DNA of 62,700 bases, from positions 1 to 62,700 of the forward strand of contig MCBE01000110.1 in NCBI GenBank assembly GCA_001723845.1, read 5' to 3'. The first letter of the stretch is position 1. The number at the start of each line of letters is the position of its first letter. The position numbers were made by a program, and so were the translations under genes. The DNA is from Candidatus Altiarchaeales archaeon WOR_SM1_SCG (lineage in GTDB: Archaea; Altiarchaeota; Altiarchaeia; IMC4; WOR-SM1-SCG). Of this stretch, positions 20,101-27,054 are shown one piece after another. The notes beneath the pieces are model-generated. The model was not told the DNA's origin and searched no databases. It worked only from the letters and a program-made list of their open reading frames with translations.

Positions 20101-23100
20101 CCGACTTCAAGTAATGTCCACATCAATCTCTGCTTTCCGAGATAATCCACCGGGTCGTGTGTCTGTATATAAAGATTTGTCCAGTTCCAGTTCTTTTCCC
20201 CGATACCCCATACACCGTTGGGGTAATTGGGGTCGGTGCTGTTTCTTATGGTAATATTTGCATATCCTGTGTAGTTCAGAAACTGCGGGAGGTCATCGCC
20301 GACATCCATATAATCCCATGTAAAATTCTGGATTGATGAAAAATTAATGAATATTTTGCCGGTTTCCCCCACCGTAAAAACTATGGTGCTTCCGTTCTCG
20401 CTTGCAAGATTGCCCTCTGAATCAGCCATGTCTTTTTCTATCCCGGAACTTTCAACGCTTGCAAACCCGAAGCAGACCTGACCGGTAGAGTTGTGATTGG
20501 TAAGAATCTCCCATGTCGTTTCATTATATGTTATCGCCTGGTATGTTATGTTTACGCAGTTTGTCAGGTTCCCGAGCCGGCTGTCGTTTGCATGCAGGGT
20601 GAACTTGATTTCATTATCACTAAGCCGGCTAATATTCCTGAGATATGAATTGGTGATATAAGAAATATTAATTACGGTAAATTCCGATTTATTATCTGCC
20701 GATGGACAGGTAACGCCTGAAACATTAAGAGTCACATTATCATAACCCGTAACCGGAAGACCTGTTGTCCGGTTATATCTCGTGTAAGTCGCGTTTTTAT
20801 TGCACAAATAAGTTATATTCAAACCCCCGGTATAAGTATAATAATCCAGCAGGGTAACATTAACCATATAGATAAGCGGGTTTAAATCCCCGAATGTTAA
20901 TCTTACTTCCATATCGGATTCATTGAGTACTACTCTCGGACCGACCGATTTTTCAATCCATACATTTGGCGTCGTTATAGCGACTTCTTCATGGATTGTA
21001 GAATTTCTAACATCTGTAGCATAAGGAGAGCAATAATTATAATCAACATCTAAAGCAGGTCTTACAAAACCATCCGGGTTTATATATCTCAGGTGTGTCT
21101 CGTAGGTAAATCCAAGCGTTTCGCCGATATATGTTGCTTCCGCACCCCCGGTTCCCCCGAGAGTACCTAAATAAAAGTATATGTGGGTTTCCGGCCAGGG
21201 CAGTGTGGATCCGGGAACTTCAACCTCCCTGATGCAAACTATTGGATCAGGCGTGCTTGCATTGAATGCTTCATGAATATCTTCCGGCTCGCAGGAGTCG
21301 TTAACATCAAAAACAATGGTAACATTATCCGTGATTTCCTGTTTCCCGTAATCATTATGCAGGAACCATATTCTTAAGGTATTGATGTAAAATTTGAGTT
21401 CCTGCGGGATGGTATGATCAACAAAAACATAGTCTGCAGCCTTAGCGCCGACATTCGTAACATTTCCAGTGATATTTGTATTGTCGCCGACAAGCAGGGC
21501 GGTATCGCTGACCTCCAGGTTGGTGATGAGATACGGGCTTACTGATTCTATTGGGGAATTTGAGCACGGGGAGGATGCGATTCTATAGGGCTTCACCGGC
21601 TTATCGGATGTGAACCTCAGCCCGGTATCCCGCCCCCAGCTGCCATCTAATGACCCGTTTGCATACACGCCGTCCGTACCGCTCATGTGTATCATCCCGC
21701 GGGAGTTCAGTATAAATGAATGGAGGCATGATACCCCACCCGATTGTGTATTTACCCATCTTAACTGTATCCTGCCGTCCAAAAAGAACCCGAAGGTGTA
21801 GCCGACTGTGTTGTTGTTCGCCCATAATGTCAGGGTGTTTCCCCCGGTAATTAAAGCGGTCATGTTCATGCCGGTTATGTTTATTGTCGCATTATAGGTG
21901 TTAGCACTGTCTCCCGAGTACATACTCTGGCAGTTTGTCAGGGTGTATATACCTGTACCTGGGTTTTGAACGGAACTTGCCGTGGTGCAGCTGACTGTCA
22001 TATTGCTCGCTACCGACTGGTTGTTGTATAGTATTATGGTTGTGTTCACCGCCTGGAAACCCAGCGGGTAGTTCAATGTGCCTCCCACATAATTATAAGC
22101 ATACTCGGTAGTATCACCGCGGTTGAAACAAACGGTTGAGGAATGATTGAATGTCATAACGGTTGGTGGGTAGCAGTCAACCTGGTACCATGTCCAGGAT
22201 GCCCCGCCGACCTCGCCGCCGTGAGCTGCAACATCATTGAAGTTATAGTGCATGAAAAACGGGAACTCAAAACTCTTATCACCGTAACCGACGGGAGGGG
22301 TGCGGGAATAGAGATGGTTCTTGTGGAACTCACTAGGGCTTGCACTGGGGCTGTCAAAACTGTGAACATTTGACATCCCGCCTGCAACAGCACTTATATC
22401 CTCCGTGCAGTTCAGCCGGCAGTGAGGAGGAGGAGTGGCACTTGGATTGTAGCCGGAACTTTCAAGATAACCTGATGTGTGGGGCAGGATAGTCAATGTG
22501 TCTTCAATAATGCTTCCCGGCAGCAGAACTGTAAAGGTGTGAGTCGGATCATCTACCCGTGACGACTGGTTGCACGAGAAAGTGCAATCAGCACTGTTAT
22601 CCGACGGGTTAAAAACATTCACCCCCACATAATAAGTTGCAGTACTGGCACTTGCGTATCCCACCCCGAAGACATAATGCTTGCCCAGAAGCAGTCCCGT
22701 GTCATAAGCGCCAAGCCAGTTCATTGTGTCAATGTGGTGCAGGTGCTGGATAATGTGTACTTCGCCGCACGATGCTGTTATAATAGCCGTGGTTGAATTA
22801 AGACCCGGGGAAGAATTCCCCGTCGGGGCGACATTCACATGACGGCATACAACATCTTCAAGAACGCCGTTTCCTGTGATATTGAAGATTATGTTACCTG
22901 CGGGAAGACCGCTGAACTGTGACTCCTCGCCGGTGGAAGCGTTGATCGGCATAATCGTAACAGTCACCGTACCGTTGTGCGAGGTGCAGATATCAACAGC
23001 CTGGGGGCTGTAAGAAAGGTCCCAGGGACCCGCATTGTAATCCGGCCAGTGGATGATGAATTCATCTGAAAGGAACCTACCCTCTGTAGCGGGCGGGGAC

Positions 23101-23459
23101 CTCAGCGCGCCGAATGCACCTACATAAAGGTATCCTGTATCGTTTGCATATATATGTACAAAATAATGTTCTGACTGCTGCCTGCTTATGTCTCTTGCCT
23201 CCCCCTTATCCACCACCTCGGAGTATAACAGAACCTCAGAGCCGTTGTCCGTAATCCTGTAGAATGAAATATTAGTATTATTATTAAATGGTATGAAAGA
23301 TATAAAACCCATGTGGTTGGTAACACCCGTAACATCCGCTGTCCAGCCGTTCAGCGGGTACACCACGAACTCCGAGCCGATTAAACCGGTGTATCCTTCA
23401 GCATACTGTGCTGCCAGCACGACAAGCGCTATTAACGCGTAAAGGCGTATGTTTCTCAT
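14157..23459 (-). CDS. Giant exported surface protein (3100 aa) with many DUF11/TIGR01451-type repeats and a duplicated C-terminal module
   Basis: Signal-like N-terminus MRNIRLYALIALVVLAAQYAEG. Recurrent L.I.K......PGD.V.Y.I...N.G...AYN(V/I)T(V/L).D.LP pattern (e.g. AEPGDIVEYTITIHNPSLATAYDITISDDL). The C-terminus carries 2 copies of GWNLI...W..RW.YRSYAYGDWFGDLSEI.P.KGYW. Very rich in N-x-S/T sequons. Confidence 0.9.
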   Translation of the reverse strand: MRNIRLYALIALVVLAAQYAEGYTGLIGSEFVVYPLNGWTADVTGVTNHMGFISFIPFNNNTNISFYRITDNGSEVLLYSEVVDKGEARDISRQQSEHYFVHIYANDTGYLYVGAFGALRSPPATEGRFLSDEFIIHWPDYNAGPWDLSYSPQAVDICTSHNGTVTVTIMPINASTGEESQFSGLPAGNIIFNITGNGVLEDVVCRHVNVAPTGNSSPGLNSTTAIITASCGEVHIIQHLHHIDTMNWLGAYDTGLLLGKHYVFGVGYASASTATYYVGVNVFNPSDNSADCTFSCNQSSRVDDPTHTFTVLLPGSIIEDTLTILPHTSGYLESSGYNPSATPPPHCRLNCTEDISAVAGGMSNVHSFDSPSASPSEFHKNHLYSRTPPVGYGDKSFEFPFFMHYNFNDVAAHGGEVGGASWTWYQVDCYPPTVMTFNHSSTVCFNRGDTTEYAYNYVGGTLNYPLGFQAVNTTIILYNNQSVASNMTVSCTTASSVQNPGTGIYTLTNCQSMYSGDSANTYNATINITGMNMTALITGGNTLTLWANNNTVGYTFGFFLDGRIQLRWVNTQSGGVSCLHSFILNSRGMIHMSGTDGVYANGSLDGSWGRDTGLRFTSDKPVKPYRIASSPCSNSPIESVSPYLITNLEVSDTALLVGDNTNITGNVTNVGAKAADYVFVDHTIPQELKFYINTLRIWFLHNDYGKQEITDNVTIVFDVNDSCEPEDIHEAFNASTPDPIVCIREVEVPGSTLPWPETHIYFYLGTLGGTGGAEATYIGETLGFTYETHLRYINPDGFVRPALDVDYNYCSPYATDVRNSTIHEEVAITTPNVWIEKSVGPRVVLNESDMEVRLTFGDLNPLIYMVNVTLLDYYTYTGGLNITYLCNKNATYTRYNRTTGLPVTGYDNVTLNVSGVTCPSADNKSEFTVINISYITNSYLRNISRLSDNEIKFTLHANDSRLGNLTNCVNITYQAITYNETTWEILTNHNSTGQVCFGFASVESSGIEKDMADSEGNLASENGSTIVFTVGETGKIFINFSSIQNFTWDYMDVGDDLPQFLNYTGYANITIRNSTDPNYPNGVWGIGEKNWNWTNLYIQTHDPVDYLGKQRLMWTLLEVGNMTNWLLEIEVQAIDMFNGTASNWTIEDLNYGFMHGVYFSEEIFPFATPVFVIQFYPSLPGMNITKTITNMTRNYENGSGYPGGPLEPGDYADYSILVTNTGNVTFYNLTVWDEMPINTTLIAWTNYTTSNGSVTNYSIGRIYYWNITDGTLEPGEYWQINFTLYVHSNASFVENNTANVCADALVGETSCLSYTTPEIPVVHPNLTIEKYVGDWQELITAEPGDEFNFTIIIENPSHAHAYNVTLNDTLPPWFRYANKSYIVNYSGNDILIGEGNVSVGRTVSVGQNITWNIDWYSEMWHSGYSKFLVPTNFTNVLEPGENITIKFTVHVMSNATPLINTNWACTNGTDNPAEPPWGLIPEGGGHICDYAQVEVHHPELTLTKTGNATDAEPGDIVEYTITIHNPSLATAYDITISDDLQHGFRLISNGTLTFWNGTVMNITINETLNETNPPAGSTIYWNYTIPYIPPTKSVTLIYNTSVTSDAKCGINIVTVNYHDGDGTQKPYLQDIWEVCPIWRGILTVDKMSIDSLSYPGNNVTYEIILGNSGDGTLYNITLNDTLPGGWEYENNIINLTNSTCNVTHNGSHFIVTGNLSAGAVCRFRYDVSVPGLECFGEYYNYIDAYAYDSNGTILNASSYASTDIVSDVILDVSKNIAGALRYEPGDIIEFIINVSSRGNTTIYDVTVNDTLSIGLEFINCTNASGNEVTTSTTGTPYAGQSVNFSAGNISGNSYKIFYIRANITEDAFEGTNINKVVASGNGPCEPEITDTDFASFAVGIPKLEVHKWADSGSMEPGETMTYHVSIENTGTGTAYNITVTDTLTGMSYVSGSSVFNGSGINDPEESGNTLFWNSTNLNTNLTPGSSVILDFNLTTQTGNCEINMGIDEVYASASNGLENIVSIPDSVEVLIVHPFIEVTKYANVTKAEVGDLINYAIIISNPGQADAYNVIVTDIFQQGFTYISSSPEGDNDSVTNTVTWNLSSLEKNSSITIKCTAQATANTTTPPGVNLVTAAARDFAGCSLVNATDAWSITVYHPAVQVRKHVNISEAQPGDILGYEISVFNPSEALAYNVSVYEFNQTGFYPENWEAGVYELRSNGFKEWLIPLGTINITNATVNRMGIDEIALYFDLSTISNENTIINGNLASYGGITIKFNMTAGANSESGCDEAWALGHYYDNENASSDFDRECVIINHPYLDIEKFSDISTASPGDIVNYEIRITNPNSAKADAKIHGITDDVQDGHTVTSNGTGVLTRTGGSTVDYNFTVNSTMGSVEFTPDAVITLSPGEELILYFNTSVSSGADIRGCDIASYNATDMMNNSIIKKYAGKCVAVLKPGVGIEKLSSITTAEPGSIVEFTLIFENDGESTLYNVTVNDTMSPGWEFLEVTQSITGMNESEQSSAGSSTNNIIIFGNITLNAGEKKTIKYTAIVTDNASGGINENCANITGYDNTNTGYTDEYCISITVYKPALEIVKDVSQHDVEPGSEPLITIIIENPTYATVYNITITEFLPRGFNYTDGTAKLDGRKISDPNWTGIREFECGSNDTGQLNLTWNWTNTNFTDTNTEALVVIPPKTTRILTFRVHVKCNVQNTTFNNTVNVSGVTGNGSQVGPNSTSFEMRGYIADAELYKYASTNSPTFFEYIDYMVVIWNNPAGANIAPLTLADTMPPYIKYVPGYAYVGDLKIEPTVCGDYTDKAAGNYTAQYGGNCSHFHGELLDGNSGDLFNVTGEQTGDGMGEILFWNLSKWLFLTPGQQVSIKYRAQVIPGVGSTARNNVTLSYLDPEHPELCPDCEFNISSSTVIAISGCIDCINSTELNYTLKLEKGWNLISIPIQPDDTSILSILEPIQGKYIDVAAWNNRWQYRSYAYGDWFGDLSEIEPKKGYWLNMKEADNLTISGKTINEFNITLYRGWNLIGWPSTSAFPVQNLTLTYIDLATWEGRWNYRSYAYGDWFGDLSEIKPGKGYWINIPRNDTIAA

Positions 23460-23537
23460 ACCTGTTTTTTTATATTTTTATAAATTTATAATTTTTTTAT
23501 AATTTTTGTTGTATTTTTATTTTTTATATTAATTAAA

Positions 23538-24512
23538 TCATATATAATTTTCACAATATCTCATAATATTGGGGTCCTCGCCATACTCCTTTATCATGCA
23601 ATCACACATTTCGGTGATGTGTGCTGTGTTGTTTGAAACCCCCTTGATCTTGTAATAACATGATGCCCTGTTCCTCCCGGTCAGGTTCCTGCATATCTCA
23701 AATGAAGCGCTTGCATTAATTTCCTTAATCGCCTTGGCGGCGTCTATCTGGCACATATGCGAAAATATATATGAATACCTTTCGGCAGCAAGTGCGCCCT
23801 CGTTACATATATCAAGTGCTTTCCTGTAGTCATATCGAGCAACCTCTTTTGCAACGCCCGGGTAACACGCAAGGCACCCGCCATCTGTATCATTTACGCA
23901 TTCCCTGCACATGAGTGCCGCACCTTCGGAATCATTCCCTGCCATAAATACCGCAGCAGGCGTGTAACAGGAACTATCTTTGATTTTACGGCAAACGGCA
24001 AGCGTTTCATTAACGCCCCTGCGCGCAATAGCATACGCTATGCTTTCATAGCATAACCAGCTGGGTGAGGTAAGGTTACACAGGAAAATAGCGGCATCAC
24101 TATCCGATTTAACAACAACTGACGCCAGTGAAGTATAGCAGTTAAACCATCCTGAAACCATTTTATTGCACAACCCGACGCTTTCATTCAGGCTACTTAT
24201 GTTTTCACCGGTCAGGGTAATCGCTATCTTCTGGAAACAAATACTCCGGTCTGTTTCATTCAGATTACTGCAAACTTCAATTGATTTATTTAAATTCCCC
24301 TGGTAAAAGTAACATTTTGCTCTTTCATCCCATGTTAAATTTTTGCATGAATCGGTTACCTGCTCATCTGAATTTTCACCCGGTGTTTGTAGTTCTACCG
24401 GCTCATGCTGCTCCTGCTCCTGCTGAGGATTGTAATAATTAATTAAAATTAGTCCTGCTGCGGACACCGCTAAAAGCATTACTGCGGTTATCATTTTTGA
24501 TTTTTTATTCAT
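23538..24512 (-). CDS. Exported/anchored Cys-rich repeat protein (324 aa)
   Basis: N-terminal hydrophobic segment, then ~30-aa periodic Cys-containing helical repeats (KCYFYQG, SICFQKIA, FNCYTSLA, WLCYESIAYA, SSCYTPAA, LACYPGVA, ASCYYKI). Its start overlaps the upstream gene stop by 8 nt. Confidence 0.7.
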   Translation of the reverse strand: MNKKSKMITAVMLLAVSAAGLILINYYNPQQEQEQHEPVELQTPGENSDEQVTDSCKNLTWDERAKCYFYQGNLNKSIEVCSNLNETDRSICFQKIAITLTGENISSLNESVGLCNKMVSGWFNCYTSLASVVVKSDSDAAIFLCNLTSPSWLCYESIAYAIARRGVNETLAVCRKIKDSSCYTPAAVFMAGNDSEGAALMCRECVNDTDGGCLACYPGVAKEVARYDYRKALDICNEGALAAERYSYIFSHMCQIDAAKAIKEINASASFEICRNLTGRNRASCYYKIKGVSNNTAHITEMCDCMIKEYGEDPNIMRYCENYI

Positions 24513-25350
24513 TTGTGAACTTTGATCCCGGGTTTGATTTATTAATAATAACTTTGATTAATTTTTCAATTAATTGGTTGTGATTTTCCTGCTGCTTTTC
24601 CATTCTCGCAAGGATTTTTCCCGTGTTTTTGTTTGTCTTTTCTATGCCTTCAACCGCTTTTCCTATCATTTCCGCGATTATCCCGTATTTGACATCCATG
24701 GAGTCAAACTGCCGGGACATATCCTGATGGAAAGAGTGGGTTTCTGTTGTTAAGTTATCCATCTTCCCCCCCAACTCACCTCCCAGGTTATCTATCCTGC
24801 CGCCAAGTATTTTATTCCCGGATTCTGTTTTGTCGGCGAGATTATCTATTTTGCCGCTTATATTTGTGTTCATTTCCTCTATCTTGCCGCCAAGTATTTT
24901 ATTCCCGGATTCTGTTTTGTCGGCGAGATTATCTATTTTGCCGCTTATATTTGTGTTCATTTCCTCTATTTTGCCGCCAACATTGTCTATTTTGCCGCTT
25001 ATATCCGTGTTCATCTCCCTCATGTATCTTGCAGCAGTTGCCATCCTCTCAAATGTTGCCTTTGTTATATCGTCCTCCCAGATGATGTCAAATGTTTTGA
25101 ATTCGCCTGTCGCTTCCGAGTATTTTAATTCTATGTCTTCCACACTTATCGGGTACTGCTTTATTCTTATCCTCTCTATGAATTTATTTATTGTTTTTTT
25201 GTCCCCTTCACAAATTACTCTTACGGTCCCATCATCAAGGTTTTTTGCATTTCCAGTAAGATTTAAATTGAATGCCTGCTCGTCTATGTGGTCCCGGTAT
25301 CCGGCTTGCTGCACTCTTCCTTTTAATATTATTGTTGCTCGTGTTTTCAT
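24505..25350 (-). CDS. Acylphosphatase-like domain fused to a Gly/Asn/Lys-rich repeat and coiled C-terminus (281 aa)
   Basis: The N-terminus ATIILKGRVQQAGYRDHIDEQAFNLNLTGNAKNLDDGTVRVICEG fits the acylphosphatase fold signature (V.G.VQGVGFR...G.V.N..DG.V). It is followed by GGKIEEMNTNISGKIDNLADKTESGNKIL x2 and related degenerate repeats. Confidence 0.7.
   Translation of the reverse strand: MKTRATIILKGRVQQAGYRDHIDEQAFNLNLTGNAKNLDDGTVRVICEGDKKTINKFIERIRIKQYPISVEDIELKYSEATGEFKTFDIIWEDDITKATFERMATAARYMREMNTDISGKIDNVGGKIEEMNTNISGKIDNLADKTESGNKILGGKIEEMNTNISGKIDNLADKTESGNKILGGRIDNLGGELGGKMDNLTTETHSFHQDMSRQFDSMDVKYGIIAEMIGKAVEGIEKTNKNTGKILARMEKQQENHNQLIEKLIKVIINKSNPGSKFTNE
24801..24974. repeat. Near-perfect 87-nt tandem duplication (2 copies) inside the 281-aa gene
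   Basis: CGCCAAGTATTTTATTCCCGGATTCTGTTTTGTCGGCGAGATTATCTATTTTGCCGCTTATATTTGTGTTCATTTCCTCTAT(C/T)TTGC starts at 24801 and again at 24888. Confidence 0.9.
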
Positions 25351-25395
25351 GTTAATAATTACGAATTTGATTTTTTAATTTCAAAAAAATTTTAA

Positions 25396-25557
25396 CATGC
25401 CCCCCGGTCCCATACGCAGCTAAAAGGTAATCGGGGAGATACAACGGCTGCAAACGGCTAATGCCTCCCGCATCCGAGGAAGATGCGGGGGGAATTTAAT
25501 ATGATTAACCGCTGAACCGTTAAACCTTTCAACTGCAAATTTTGGTAAAGGGCATAC
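25396..25557 (-). ncRNA. Candidate structured RNA element L2 (homologue of L1), ~45 nt upstream of the 281-aa gene start
   Basis: Alignable to 13517-13671. Shared blocks: GTCCCAT, GGGGAG.TA.AACGGC, CCGCATCCGAGG, TCAACTGCAAATTTTGGT. Perfect hairpin CCCGCATC-CGAGGAA-GATGCGGG. Two stems that have C-A mismatches on the plus strand (GCAGCTA/CAACTGC and CGGCTAAT/ATTAACCG) become G-U pairs on the minus strand. Confidence 0.45.
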
Positions 25558-25597
25558 TAAATTTTAAATTTTATGTTTTTGCAAATTTTTTTTAATT

Positions 25598-25652
25598 TCA
25601 ATTCCGTCAAAAGAGATATAACGGCAAATCTTTTTTCAGGGAGTGAATTGAA
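25598..25652. ncRNA. Degenerate partial copy of the S/L element
   Basis: CAATTCCGTCAAAAGAGATATAACGGCAAATCTTTTTTCAGGGAGTGAATTG carries the ATATAACGGCAA block and the GGGAGTGA block, framed by CAATTC/GAATTG. An inverted fragment AACTTGCCGTTATATTT lies at 25943-25959. Confidence 0.3.
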
Positions 25653-26114
25653 ACATAAAATAAACTGCATTATTTTTAAATACTCCTTATTTTTCAATCA
25701 CCTCCCTGTTATTTTTATGATTGATTAAATTGATTTGCAAAACAGTTAATTGATGAACAAAAGGCGGTTTAAAAGGACAGAAGAAATAAAACAAATAAAA
25801 CAGGCAGGAACCGGAAAAAGAGTATGAAACACGGGAAATAAACTTAAAGAATTTTACAGAACCTTTTACATTTAACAATAAATCTGATAATAAACATTTA
25901 CAGCTTACTGCTTTTGTACTCCCCGTTTTTTTAAGTTTACTCAACTTGCCGTTATATTTGCCGTTATTTTAAATTTTGACTAAATTTGGGACATATTATA
26001 TAGTCTTTTATATATTAGATTGGAACTCTTTATAAATTGATTGAAAATTTTGCATGGAACAGGTGGAACACTTTGAAAAATTTCAATATTATTTCAGGAA
26101 TTTTTTATAAAAAT

Positions 26115-26152
26115 AAAAATAATAAAAAAGAGAGAAGATATACTTCTCCCTG
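26115..26152 (-). terminator. Hairpin plus U-run terminator candidate downstream of the 143-aa gene
   Basis: The minus strand reads GGGAGAAGTATATCTTCTCTCTTTTTTATTATTTTTAT (stem GAGAAG/CTTCTC followed by a T-run). It recurs almost identically at 26958-26995. Confidence 0.5.
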
Positions 26153-26251
26153 TCTTTTGATTATTGTTTTAGTTGTTTTTGCACTTTTTACTAAACTCGA
26201 ATGGCTTTACAAGTTGTGTCACCAGAGCTTTAGCAGTATTCACAAGAGGGT

Positions 26252-26683
26252 TTACTCTCCCCCTTCTGATTCTTCACCTCCTTCACCTTCACAGAACTTC
26301 AGTGCCGGTGACTCAAGAACTGCATGTGCTGGAACACACACTTTCGTTGGTTTATGACCAGTTAACTTGGGCCTGCCCTTATCACTAGTATCATATTCGG
26401 TTGGAATCACTATTGCACAGACCCTTTTATGACCCCATGCATCATCCCTCTCCAGATCAACATTCTTAACACTGCAAAGCAGCACTTCAGAATAGTCAAA
26501 ATCATTACTACCATCATGATTGGCAGTATTGCCATTGTACTCATGGTCTTTAAGTACCTCATCAATACTAACAGTGACCATATCTTCAAACTTTGCATCA
26601 TAATCTGCCCCAACCAATGCAGACACTGTAAGTAAAGCCACGGTTACCAGTGCAATACCTATCGCAATATATATATTTTTCAT
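26252..26683 (-). CDS. Small exported/anchored protein (143 aa)
   Basis: N-terminal hydrophobic segment MKNIYIAIGIALVTVALLTVSALVGA and an acidic C-terminus. Flanked by the conserved element E1 and the terminator. Confidence 0.6.
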   Translation of the reverse strand: MKNIYIAIGIALVTVALLTVSALVGADYDAKFEDMVTVSIDEVLKDHEYNGNTANHDGSNDFDYSEVLLCSVKNVDLERDDAWGHKRVCAIVIPTEYDTSDKGRPKLTGHKPTKVCVPAHAVLESPALKFCEGEGGEESEGGE

Positions 26684-26710
26684 TTTTTGTTTTTTGTCTT
26701 TTTAATTTTT

Positions 26711-26856
26711 CGGATATTTACCTCCGGATGAGACAGGGCTACCATAAGGTGTCCCTGTATACCGCCTCCCCAGCCGGCGGTTCTGCGTCACCGGGGTTTC
26801 TGCACATCCCTGCCCCTTTATTGAACAGGGTAGCACATTGCCCCTCAAACAGAGTA
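26711..26856. ncRNA. Conserved ~145-nt GC-richer element E1, immediately upstream of the 143-aa gene (candidate 5' leader or structured RNA; strand unresolved)
   Basis: Highly similar to 28555-28700. Hairpins ACAGGG/CCCTGT, ACCGCC/GGCGGT and CCCTG/CAGGG. GGGG/CCCC here versus GGG/CCC in the second copy. Confidence 0.4.
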
Positions 26857-26957
26857 TTTTAATTTTTATGGTTTTATTATTGAAAATTTATAAATTTTAA
26901 ATTTTATGTTATAATTATTGTATCTGTCTTTATGAATTGATTAAATTATTGGAATTA

Positions 26958-26995
26958 TAAAAATAATAAAAAGAGAGAAGATATACTTCTCCCTG
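26958..26995 (-). terminator. Hairpin plus U-run terminator candidate downstream of the 489-aa gene
   Basis: Same AAAGAGAGAAGATATACTTCTCCCTGTCTTTT block as at 26115-26152. Confidence 0.5.
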
Positions 26996-27054
26996 TCTTT
27001 TGGTTATTGTTTTAGTTGTTTTTTACCCGTAGTAAAATTTGATATATCCTGTTA

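Noticed and set aside
24747-25378. Plus-strand ORFs of 112 and 182 aa
   Set aside because: They are antisense shadows of the repeat-containing 281-aa gene and give low-complexity Leu/Ser/Phe-rich translations that mirror the repeats.
25687-26388. ORFs 25687..25944(-), 26037..26357(+) and 26173..26388(+)
   Set aside because: The translations are low-complexity and lie in AT-rich spacer or antisense to the 143-aa gene. There are no motifs and no coupling to neighbouring genes.
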